64,000 nucleotides of DNA from Raillietiella orientalis (Eukaryota). Numbering within the stretch: the stretch's first letter is position 1; each line of letters opens with the position of its first letter. Positions 35,691-48,042 of this stretch are shown here, in pieces. The DNA is taken from assembly GCA_036172245.1 (NCBI GenBank), contig JAYWIR010000003.1, forward strand, positions 3,472,001 to 3,536,000, read 5' to 3'. Made by a program: the position numbers and the translations under genes. The notes beneath the pieces are model-generated. The model was given only the letters and a program-made list of their open reading frames with translations. It searched no databases and was not told the origin of the DNA.

Positions 35691-37845
35691 CTAATGATTC
35701 TGCTCTTTTACCTGCTGGGATATTCTCTAAAGAAGCTAATATTGTCACTATCCTAGTCAACCAACCTGATAATCCTGGGCCTGCTGTTTGGCCCCATGAT
35801 AATCTATGGGCCTCTGACGTAAAGAGAGCCACCTTTGGAACAGATTCTTCCTTGACAGACGTGAGGGCATTTGGTCGAGTGACAGTCCTGTGGCAGAGCA
35901 CAGTATCTCGGGTTCTGGCATCCCAAGGGTCCAACTGAGGCTCCAATCGGATGGCTGACTGGATACCTGTGCAAGACTGTTGATGTAGTAAACTTGAGGA
36001 TGACAAAGCTGGAAAGGAGGCAGCATACCATCGATGGATATTTTGAGGCCATCCTCGAGCCTGTAAATCAAGAAATATCCATCAAAGACTAAAACCAAAC
36101 CTACTGAGGATAGAGGTTTGGACTGGGACTGTCCACAATGATCGAAGTTAAATAAATGGGATCCAGAAAATGGGACAGTAGGGCCCCTTGCAAGCCTACA
36201 ATGCTCCATCTGGCTATTTTCCTGACACATGACATTTCCATGCATTGATGCTTCTGCAACAAGTCCTCTGTTTGGGACATTGTTGTCTTTCCAGTATCTG
36301 GTTTGGTATGTGCTGGTTCCTGTTGAGAAATTTCTTTCCTGGGAAGGTTCCCATTTGGCACCATTCCAGTGCTATGAATTAGGTATCATATTGTCACTTT
36401 GTGCTTAAAAGACTGACTACCTGGTTAGTCCATACGGAAGTCTGTTCACATACAGATGGAAAGCACAAGTTTGACGAAGACAGAGATGTCCCCCAGGGGT
36501 TGGTTCGAGGAACAACTTTTCTGTTGGAGTTTCCAGCTGCATATACAGAAAATCGAGCAGGCATCGGCGCACTAATATTTCGGTGTGACAGCTGTGCAGG
36601 GCATGATCCTCTGGGTGTCCACTCTCGAGATCGATTTCTCCAGTGGCCAAACATATGACCTCTCGTTTCTCGCATGCGACATCGTAAGTGAGGATGATGG
36701 CTGCTAGACTGTGATACTCCTGGCACTCGGCTGTGCTGCTGGCCACTAAGTGGAACTTCTGTGAAACCTCCCTGTAGGGCGCCACCACATTAGCGCCCGA
36801 AAAAGAAACTGCTTACTTAGCCATTTCTTGTGCCACTTGTCTATTTGGAAGAGGCCTTATGTTGCTCATCTCTTGAAGAGCTAACTCAGCAACAACTGCT
36901 TTTGCAGCCTTTTTGCTACTTCCTACAATTCTTTTATCCATTTGTATTTCCAGAAATTGCATCACACTACCTGTACCCTCATATTCCTTGCCATTGACAG
37001 TCAAACCCATCTTAAATAACCGGCAATGTGGTTGGCCAGATTCTTCTAGTAGTTTGTATTTGAGTCCTGGACAAACTTCATTGAGCAATGAAGTGGGGCA
37101 TTTCTTTATATGTCCTTAATAAGATTCCAATTTCTGAAATAAAGTATCAAGAAAACTAGACCCCTGTCCAATACCAGATTCCTTTGCTAACTCCTTATCC
37201 TGCTGACATGAACTCTGGAACTTTTTTGCAAAGCTAGGATTGGCAGCACTTATGAGAGAGATCAAAGCATTTTGAGCTGCTTTCTGTTTAGCAATTCTCT
37301 TGGAGGAACCCTGACCTAGATAAGAAACATCATTGATCTGAAAAGTATGCAAGTAGAAAAACTAACATGTCCTTCAATAAACTTGCCTCCAACTTCATGG
37401 TAAAATTTGGATTGTGATCTGGCCCTTCCTTTGATAATAAAGTATAACAATGGTCAATTTTGAGTTCATTTATGATAGTAATTGCATTCTTTGTCAGCCA
37501 TTCTTCCTTACACGCAAGCGTAGAAACATCGAGTTTCAATTTTTTCTCCAAAGATAGTTCATTGAAATCATCTTGGGTTAGTTTTCGTTTCAAGCCTGTA
37601 TTTTCTGAAACATCTGGTTGAGTACTGGAATGTACACCATTATCAACGCTGTTATCTGAATGGCCAATTTTAGTTTCTTGACATGTTGGCTCATTTTCAT
37701 CTGAGCAGTTTGAAAGAGATCTTTCTACTTTAATATTGACTTCGCATAAATCTCTCCCAGGAATGTCCACTGAATTCACAGTATTTGAACATTCTCCTAG
37801 AACTGCTTCATTATCGAACAAATTTTCTTTGTTTTCTCCTTTCAT
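35691..37845 (-). CDS. ADAR: ADAR-family dsRNA-binding adenosine deaminase-like protein (2 dsRBDs + degenerate deaminase domain); exons 37845-37387, 37337-37175, 37114-36971, 36922-36817, 36771-36421, 36371-36105, 36060-35766, ~35714-35691 (~602 aa; last exon uncertain)
   Basis: dsRBD1 [10 protein letters not shown]...[39 protein letters not shown]; dsRBD2 PTSLLNEV...[39 protein letters not shown]; deaminase motifs [74 protein letters not shown]...EILCSATG...[21 protein letters not shown]. Introns 49 (GC-AG), 60, 48, 45, 49, 44, ~51 nt keep frame. Orthology (ADAR2-like vs ADAD-like) not resolved. Confidence 0.88.
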
Positions 37846-39050
37846 AATCAACGTAAATTTCACGCCTCACCACATCTTAATATATCTGGAAGTTGATGAA
37901 CCGTCATTAGAACGCAGTCCAAAAAAATTTAACTACAAAATCCATAATCAAAGATTCGTGTTCAATTTTGAAATTTACTCCTTCAATCAAAATATACATA
38001 CTTGACCTTACAGTTCCACATTCTTATCTGCCATTTTCATACACAATAAGTATTCCAGATGACAGAAAGCATTTACTACAAAATCACCTTCAGCAAACTT
38101 TACAGTACATAGTACTAACGTTACCGCCATTTTATGTTGCAGTAAGTGTATTATGCTTTTCATCTGAAATTCATGATTAAATCCAAAGAATACATTTTTG
38201 AACAACCCATAATTTTCGTCGATTTCAATTAATTGTTTTACTCATGGACTTTATATGATAGTCAGATGAACGAAAATATTAATATATTCTTTTGGACGTT
38301 CGCATAATGCACGTGTAATTTTGGATCAATAGCTGAATGACCGAAGACCATACAAGAGGTGAGCATATCCAAGTAACTTGACTCCGCAAAATGTTTCCTA
38401 AAATTCATCCGTTTCCATCATCTTCCAGACTGAAATCAGAAATCTCCAAAGGTATGTCCAGTTAGCTCGTTCGGACCGTCCGTTTCCTTACGAGCCAACC
38501 GACATCGGTCGAAGTGGATGCCCCGCAGTGCGCGACTTCGTTTTCGATGAGATCCAGCGGACTGACGGATAGAATAACAGAACTTTCACTCTGTTATCGG
38601 TAAAAATGAATATCTGGAAAAATTGGAAACGTGGACACCAAAAAAAATTTGACCGCGGTAAATGAGTCTTTATCGCCCTGGAGAGGATTCGCTTTTTCCA
38701 GTCAGCATGGGGACACACTGTCACCATGATAACGAAGAATCATGGCGACTTCGACACACGTTTCAGAAAAAGGGATGTTTCCGATGCTTTAAACACAGAG
38801 CAGGGAATGCAAACTGAGAAGGATGAGAAGTCGGGGAGAACACAGAACGCAAAACATATAATTACTCCCAATTACTCTTTGAAGCAACCAACAAAAGTGA
38901 GGAAACGCAAGATAGCACGTATTTTTTTTCTTATCATTCCTGGGAGAAATCTTATAGACATAAAGACCATGCACAAGGAAAGATCACATCTCGAACCCAG
39001 AGAAAATTTTATCTATGTCAACGAAATGCAAAGTATACGAAGATTTCCAT

Positions 39051-39090
39051 AGAATCCTATATGCCACATGTCAGTGGCATATAGGATTCT
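39051..39090. repeat. Perfect 17-bp inverted repeat (hairpin, 6-nt loop)
   Basis: agaatcctatatgccac-atgtca-gtggcatataggattct. Confidence 0.9.
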
Positions 39091-42000
39091 GGACGGACCG
39101 AGTATGTTTCTTCTGAATGAATAGGTGGTTGTGCATGGGGATCTTCTCACGAGGTAAGAATACGAGAGAAACCTTTTGCTCGGTATAAAATTAGAATACT
39201 GAGGTGAGACTGTATCTCTGAGATTAAGAAATAAAAGATCAATCTAAAGAACGACACCAAAAGTCTTGTTCTTTGAAAGGAATTTCAAAGTGTAGGATCC
39301 AAGGGTATTCTTTCGGGGAACAGTTGCACAGCTATTCAGAAGTCTTAAGTCGCTTCCATTCACTTCACAGTAGGTAAAGGAAAGAACTCAAGAAAAAGTT
39401 CTGATCTAGGGAAACGATATTTATATGTATTCATAAATTATCAAATTAGAATTACAAATTACATCAGAATTACAAATTTTATCGAAATAGCAACATGGAA
39501 TGTATTCGTCTTGCATTATATATTTTGCATAAAAACATTCTGCGAAGGAAATCCAAAAGCTAATCATTAGATTAAGAAGATTCTATAGACAGACGAAATC
39601 GCAAAAAGAGAAATTCAGACTGGAGATTCCACACGCTAACAACAGAGCAGAAGATGTAGTGGAAGTGTGTGCACATTTGAAGTAGAATTCTTCAAAATTT
39701 TGGCAATCCTTACAAATGAGACATTTTGAGACGGCATTCTAGGATACGCCAAATTGGTAAAAAGATTGAAATCAAAGAATCTTCAAAAAGAAGAGATGAG
39801 AAGAGATGCTACTATTTAAGCAACATAAAAAATAAATAAGGATGCTAAAAATCTTCATTTCAGATCGGTTTCAAACCTGTAAAACGATTATCGTTGAGAA
39901 ACTTTGATTTACTTGCTCGTCAAACACTGGAGGTTGAAGATGAAAATCTTTATCAGTCAACAAACTGAAAAACACAAAAAGAAACATAAATAGATAAGAA
40001 AATGGGGCATACTGTTAAAAGAAAATAGATAATGAATACATCCTACCCAGGTAAAATTCGTGCAACATCACTTTCCCTTTTGAATCTCTATATAATACCT
40101 TCAGAACGCAATCAGCGAATTGTAAGGCTGAAAAAAAAGGAAAATGTCCAGCATTTAAAAGAAAAAATGTGAAATATCCAGTTATTCAACGCATAATTCA
40201 CACGGAATCGAGACTTCTTGCTGCAGGTGCAGTTTTCCATCAGATTTTCATCCACGTCTGATTGCAAAGATTACTCTCAGAAAGTCAGTCTTGAAATTTC
40301 GTCTGGATTTTACACCAAAGTTTGTTTCCATTTACTGAGTTTCCTGTATGTCTGATGTTGAGAATTAAAAATCGTCATTGCTAAATGATATAATTTTTTG
40401 CGTAATTTTTTTCATTCATTGATCCTGAATCTTTCAGGGTTGCCAATTTTTCACCAGAGTGCGGCAGGTGAGGGAACGATTCGACCTCCCTGCACCTGTT
40501 GCGCTCCAGGGAGACACTCTCCCCCCTCATAACGCCTTGCAGGGCGCTCCTTGCAAGGGAGGCCTCAGGGCTAGAGAAGCACTGCGTCGTGTTGCTTGCT
40601 ACCTGAGGAGGAGCACGGGAGTGTCCAGATATAGCGGAGGGACGAATGGCTCTTCCGGGGAAGACTCATAGTTTTAGCCCATCCAGTCTCTTAGCCTGGG
40701 TGCATGACACTGCCGTGTTGCCCAACACTTTCGAGGGACATCCTCCTAGGAGTTTCTCCACTTCTGAGATCGTACAGGAGAACCCATTGCCATCTCGCCG
40801 GTTGGCAACTGCCATTTCTTTCCCATAGGGAATACAGCGCTGTGACTAAAGGGCTGTGCGGGTGCTTGGAACCACTTCGCCAGCTCTTGAACGATCCTTT
40901 GCAGAACCGCTGAACCGTGACGAGTTCTTCATGGCTGGTCCTGATCAACCACGCCCGAGTATCCCTGCCTCCAGGCATGAAAGTTCAAAGGGCAGAAGGA
41001 AATTCATCCGTTGCTTTCCAATAAAGAGGCAAGCTGCTTCAAGGGAAACCCTGAGAGCTTCGTCCATTTCCGGTTCCGGGGCAGAAATGACGCAAGTCCC
41101 TCGAAACCAGAGCTCGCTGGAGAATATGGCGAGCGGGAAGGCACCATTGCTGGCTCCATGCTCTCTCCATCAGGGCTGGCCTTCTTCGGAAACGGAGCCG
41201 CGGCTCCATCCTCTCCAACTTCAGGATACCGAGACCGGCATCCCTTCGTGGGGCAGCAATGTCCTTGGGGCGGACTCAGGGCCACCAGGCGCCTTAAAGG
41301 ACCTTCCCTAACAGCGAGACATGAAGGAGAAGGTGGAGACGACCTCATTCCTGATCGATATCTACTTTGAAACATCCTAGGAGATCTGGAACTCTTCACC
41401 AAGGTCGAGGAAGTCAGGAACATTCAGAACAAGCCTACCGTGGGCAGCATCGCAGATTCCCAGAATTGCGAAAGTGGGCCAATCCTATCCTTCCTAGAGT
41501 TAATGGTAGCAGATAGGAAACAACTCCCCTCCTGTCGCGAGCGAAGACAAATCAGTCATCGAGCAAACGAGTGCGCAAAAGTGTTCTGGACCAACTGAGG
41601 ACAGAAAGCACATTGCGAAGGCGTTGTGCACCCAACCCAGATTTCGTGTGCCCCAAGCCTGCAGAGTTGGGAGTGCAAGAAACGAGGATGCAAGAAGCTT
41701 CCTTTGAATGCAAAAGAAAAAAACCGGCGGCCTTCCAGCATGGCTGTGAAGCAAACAAAACCTTAGGAGAAAAATCTGACCACAGATGCGGAGGCAATTG
41801 AGACTTAGAAGAACTGAAGAAGGAAACAAAGCAACGGATTCTGTTCTTGTCCTGTGAGAGGGCAAGAACCCTGAAACTCCTGGAAGGTTCCTCGGCAAGC
41901 CAGATGGATTGCACAGCGACCCCGAGAGGTCATTTCGTTGGAATCGAAAATGGCCATGGAGACTGCCTCTAGCTTTCCCACACTACTCCTCAGTTCGTAA

Positions 42001-45000
42001 CGCAACGAACGACGACGCTGTTCCCGGAGTTACTCCTCCCGTCCCGGCCTGCGCGCAGCAGGGAGAGCACCAGCATGGCCTCTCTCTGCCCCAAAGCGTG
42101 TGTTGTGGCACCTATGAACTAGGAAAGGGAAACGTGCCTGTGCAGAACAAATGTCCTGCATCCGCGTTTCCCTTTTCCAAGATAGTTTTGCGATTCCAGG
42201 GATGGTTTCGGCAGTGCTGCAAATCTGGCTTTTGGGCTGAGTGATCGCTTGGCACTCCAGAGCACTGGCGAGGCTCCAGCCTCCGTAGCGGTTCTGATGG
42301 CAAGCTGCCGACAGATGCAACTACGGAACGAGCAAACGGTGCTGTACCAGCAGCATCGCTCGTCGTGGGTGCCAACACAGGGGTCGGGTCATGATTCAGG
42401 AATTCAAGTCGAATCACGGGTCCCGTGTTGCTTCCGGACAGTCACTCCGAAGCGGTGCCATCTCTCTTCAAAATAGCACCAGCTCATTCACGAAGAGCGA
42501 TGCACTTCACACAAACCCATTTCCTGTTTCCTTGGCAACATGGCATGCCCACTCGATATGCCTTCAGCCCTCCTATGTCCTGGAAACCCTACTTATTACC
42601 GAGCTTCCTGCAAGAAAGCACCACGTATCCAGCACACTATCTTCATCGGGTTTTCGATCGATTGCGTGGCATCAGGTGCGCTTCCCCTCCACTGGCAAGC
42701 TCAGTGGAGCTGGCTAAATTGCTTGAAGGCTCTTGGGTTCCCCCTGAGACAGATGGCTGCCCGAGCGAAGAACATCAGTGGATCGCCTGCCATCCCTCAA
42801 GCAACAGCTCTTGGAGGCAGGAGGCAATAGACACCTGGTTCTGCTTGCAAGCAGAACGCCTCTTGGACCCTGTTGACACAGTGGAATTTGTAAATTCACT
42901 ACGAAAGGATGACTTTTTCTTTTGGGGGAAGTTTCAGTTGTAAATGAGATTTCGTCTCAAACGTCCCGACGTGACCTGGTGGAGACAGGAAGGCTCTTTG
43001 GTTGCGCACATTCTCTCTCCGAACTTTCTTGGAGGCAGACGCAAGGAAAACTGAAAACATCATCATCGGACCCAACACTCCAAACTCGTCCCCAAGTTCA
43101 GTGTATCAAAAAGTTTAGGAAGAAGTTGAACAGTTCTGCCGCTTCCGGATGGTGTATCTAATCCAACAGTACTCTCCGGACACCAACTGGAGACCCCTTT
43201 TCGGGAGGCAGTAGATCAAACTCCATCATGGAACGATCAGATATCGTAGATTGCATTCCATCTGCAAGAAATTCTTCCCAATTTCTCCCTTTCCCTGAAG
43301 CTGGTCGTTGAGGAAGGTGTGATCCACGGACGGTTGGATCCCAGACACGCCACTGGTGTTCGTTGCTGGGCACAGCTTGTTCGCCTGCGTTCTACTCCCT
43401 ACAGAGCTCTCTTGATAGCAGGTAAAGTCGCAGTGCCCTTCTATCAAAAGGCTGGGCTGCTCTGGAACCAAGGCTCGTTGGGCAGTGGATTTGCAGCACA
43501 CCGCAAAACCATTACTAGGAGTTTTGATCCATTTCTGAGACTGTCTTGGGTTCGTTGACATTGGTAACTATGATGTCGACCCATTTGGATCCCCTAACAA
43601 ATTGTCCCGCTCGTCCGCCCTCATATAAGCAGAAGCTTCGCACCGCCATGCACCACGAAACGCGAGTCTGTGCAGAACCACTCTTCCACTGCGGCTCTTC
43701 TCTCGTGCCATATCCTATCTCCACAGCCTTCTCATCGTAGATAATGTACGTCTCATAGAGGAGTGCAAGATCGAAGGGATGCAATGCGTTTGCTACTTTG
43801 CGCCTCTTCACATCGTCTCCCAGACTCTTAGCATTCCGACAGGCTACAGTGACACGGCGGAAGGAGGCCGTAGTATTGCTGAGGTTAGCTGTAGAAGGCA
43901 ATTTTTTCCTTGGTTGCTGTCTACTAAGGTACTCAGTGCTTCTGTTAAAGAGGAGGTTGATTTCATGTGGGTGGAAGTCGATGGAGATGTCAGGTTCTCC
44001 CATATATCAACTTCCACTTTTCCTGAGTCCTCATTCTCCCTATTCGGGTGATTATTATTTTGGGTGTTCCTTCTCGTGCCCAAATCGGCTTTAATATTAT
44101 GCATGCGACCTTTCACAAGTCGAAACGAAGCAGCAGATCTCAAATGGGCAGACTTCTGGCCACAATGGCGGATGAAGGAATCTGAATCATGGTTGTCCCT
44201 CACGTTGAGCCCTTTCCACATTTCAAGTAATTATTTCCTTTGCATCTTTTTCTCTTTACAAATTGCCGACACTTATTGACTAGCAAATGATACCGTGTTC
44301 CACTATAGCGCCGACGAGTTTTAACCCAACATCCGGCCGTGTGCCCGTCGGACTGTCGACCTTTCTGGCATTCACTGTATTATGCTTCAAGAACATCTTT
44401 CTGCCCATTCGACCGTCGCCATCCCATTCAGTAATGTCCTGTGGTAGCTACATATATATATATATATACATTGCAATTGAAACAGGTAATCTCAGCTGTC
44501 GGTGGTTTAAGCGATTTTAATCTGACTTGGAGTCTATGTGCCGTCTGCATTCCATTTCCTAGGTCACAAGGTTCAGTAGAGGGAAAATGTTCAAGCGTCC
44601 TTGGGACCTCGAAAAGGAAATGATAGAAAGTGGATAGAATGAATGAGTTGTAGTGTGAATGAGAATAAATTTACCCCACCGCTTGTGGGACTTGAGGAAA
44701 CTCGAAAAAGAGATGATGATGTGAATAGATTTGAATGGTAAACCGGTTCTTGAAATGGAAAAGAATATTGGTTTTGTAATCTGGCATTTTTTCACGTCGC
44801 TGTGAGCGTCCGTTTAACAGACTGCAGGGACCTATCCATTTAATCAGCTCATTCCGTTTTCACATCACTGTCTTCCAAACAAAACTTGAATTGTGAGGAA
44901 CGCAGCTTTCTAACACCAACTGAGCACACATTCCGCCTATCGTAATCACTAATGTTTTATCGAGTTGGACACACGTTTGCACTACTTCATGAAAATAAGA

Positions 45001-46723
45001 CAGAACTGAAACTATTCCCTTCTCCATTCTCCGTACAACCAAAGGTGGCTCTTTGGAATTTCGAGGTTAGTCAATTGAGTTACAAACCAACATTTCAGGT
45101 AAGAGTAAATTCAGTTCCCTTCTACTAATTGTATTATGTAAGACCTGTGTTTCTCTGGAAAAAAAAATAAGATGAAAATTCTTTCATGAAGAAAAAATGC
45201 TTTCGAATGAGTGCTCTGCTTGACTGCTTTAGACAAGGATCCTCGCAAAATATACAAAACCGGAGTAGACTTCTGGATGGAAATCTCACAGCAAAATCCA
45301 CATTGCTTATTCACAGTACTGTGCTGGCATACACCAGTTGGTACAAGGGAAACAAGTACTCAAATCTCAAGATGCATTCCTAAATCGGCTACAGTGGTAA
45401 GCAGCGAGTTAATAGGAATTAACATTTTACATCATTTTGTTTTATTGGTTTTTTATTGGAGCGTACATTACAGGGGAAAACGATGACACCATAAAGAAAC
45501 GATAATACACACTATAATACATAAAACTATGAAGCATATCTTTTTTCAAGTATTTCTACAACGCTTGAAAGAGAACTTTTTGCATCCAAAAAGTAATGCA
45601 TTTGATCCGATTGAGAAAAACACACTGTCACAAAGTAGCGAAATTTAACACATCCGAAGATTGATCCAGCTGAGAAATAAATGAATACTAGAGTTTTATG
45701 AAGAGCGGTGGTCTTTTCACTTCACCTCTAAAACTGTCTTGCCCAATGCCTTTATGGATGCCATGTTCGTTTGACATAAGGTTATGCTTCCATCTTTCGT
45801 TCACCGTTCCTTGAGGCCACATCCAGCACCGACATCTCGATCAATGGAATTATTAATTATTGGATCAATGGAATCGGCATTGGCCATGTACAAGGTTGTG
45901 GCCTGCGTCACGAGGACTGTCGAAATAAAAGAGGGTCTTCCATGGCCGTTCCAGGTCATCTCCCACCACCGAGTTGCAGTGGACGCGTTGGTCACAGCAA
46001 GGGTGCAGCGCGCACGCTGAGACAGAGTAACGTTCCCACTCACTCACGGGTGTGGCTTCTGCTTCCGAGCAAAATTTCGATTCAGGGTTTGCAAAAAAAA
46101 ATAAATAAATAAAAGTTGGTGACGAAGGCGAATACCTGGGAAGAAGATTCATTCAGTAATCGCACGTGCCAAGCGTACGTGGGGTCCTGCGGGGTTGCCT
46201 TTGAAACGAGGAAACCGATAAACCACAGGCTGAATTTTTTTTTTTTACTCCAAATTCGATCGAGGGGGAATGTCGTAGACTGTTACTTGGACAAAATGTC
46301 TGAGGTACAACGGAGGAGACCAACATTTACGAGTGACGCTAAGATAGGCAAGATAGGTTGCCTTGCGTCCCACGTACCGTATAAAACAGGATCTCGTGGT
46401 TTCCCGGCATACGCAGGGCTTCAATTGACTATACGACGAGATTTGTGACACGTAAGTTCTGTTCTCCGCATACGCTTTCCGTTCTTTAAATTTTGGGTTT
46501 TTGTCCTCCCGCTTATTTACCATGTACGTTTGCAAGTTGAGTTTCCCAGTAAAAATCCAATTCCCTATTATGCGTTTTTCTCTTATAAAAATAAACGCTT
46601 TAAACCACCAAAAAAGTATACACTTCTATTTTACACGCAGTTTTTGGATCTCATTTATTTTTCATTCCTAGTTCTTATAGTCCTGACTAAATGTTGCTGC
46701 TCTCTCCCTTTTGAAAACTGCAA

Positions 46724-46766
<43 letters not shown>

Positions 46767-48042
46767 GCTTGATTCCCAATGCACATAAAAGGCGGTTACG
46801 TCATCACAGTAGTGTGCACGCTGCTCCGTAAACAGTTTGAATTCTTGTGATTATTCCCGTGGAACAAAACTTGGCTGCTTCACCACCTTGTGTTAATGAC
46901 TTCCAAATTCAAGTCCTCTATAAGAAACTTTAACATAGAAAACCTTGTTGGATCCGGGTACTTAGTGGTCCACGGTTATTTCTTCACGTGTCATCATCAC
47001 GTGAGATTTGCATTCTTTTTCCTTGAAGAGTGCGAATTGTTAAATTGTAATTTTCATGACTTCTGTTTCCAGTAGAGAGTATTCTTCCTTTTTTTTTTTT
47101 TTTTTTTTTTTTACTGCTATCCACAGGGGAAAAAGTTCCCTTGACATTCTGTGGAAATTTGTTATGGTAACGTATTCTACTCGATTCCCAAACTCCGAAA
47201 ACAACACACGGTTTGGAGGTTTTCTCTAAGTACGCAGAAGTGCAGAAAGACAAAAACCGCACTACATGTCATAACAACCAATAGCAATACAAATCACATG
47301 ACTAGTAAATAACAAGAGGTGAAACAAAATCCATTGTAACAATTTATTTCATTATAAATTGATTTATAATAATCTTTGAGTCACTGAGTACCTCACTTGA
47401 TGAACACAATAATAAATAGAATGACAGCTATGAATCACCTTGATTAATCACACTTTAATTCAGAAAAGGCAAGCATTGCTGATCAGCATTTGCTACACCC
47501 AAATAAGAACCATAAGATCCAAGCTAACCATCCATCATGAACCAACAAGGATCAACATGAAACTATTCTAACCATCTAAAATTGCCATTCACAGTCATGT
47601 GATATCAGTCACCGGGAAATGAGAAAGGCAGTGAACCCTGAACAAACAAAAAGCCCTAAGCAAACCTCTGCAAAGACAATGTATTAACTTGTGTAGGGAT
47701 AATTTTACCAGCTGCTTGGGGAGGCAGAACAGGCAGAAGTGTGCTGCCATCACAAACAGCAAAACAGGCTAGGCTCACATTCCACATTGGCAGTGGTGGC
47801 CATTCACCAGAGATATCTGTCAGGCACACCAAAGCAGCAATACATGCAACTGCAACAATCCCCTCCCTGATAACTGACTGGGAGTCCAGGAGCCATGCCC
47901 CTGCTGAACAGAAACTACAAATAGCCACAATGTGCAAACAGACCCTGGCGGCCATCTGCAGTCAACAAAAAGAAAGAAGAAAAATGCTATCAGCTATGTG
48001 CTACAAGATAACTGTTGCAGGATGCAATCATGTCTCCCATCA

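Noticed and set aside
35580..35693. TAG>TGG editing read-through of the ADAR stop
   Set aside because: The downstream frame is open for about 36 codons but does not resemble the conserved ADAR C-terminal W-x-x-K-P tail, and the last exon is uncertain.
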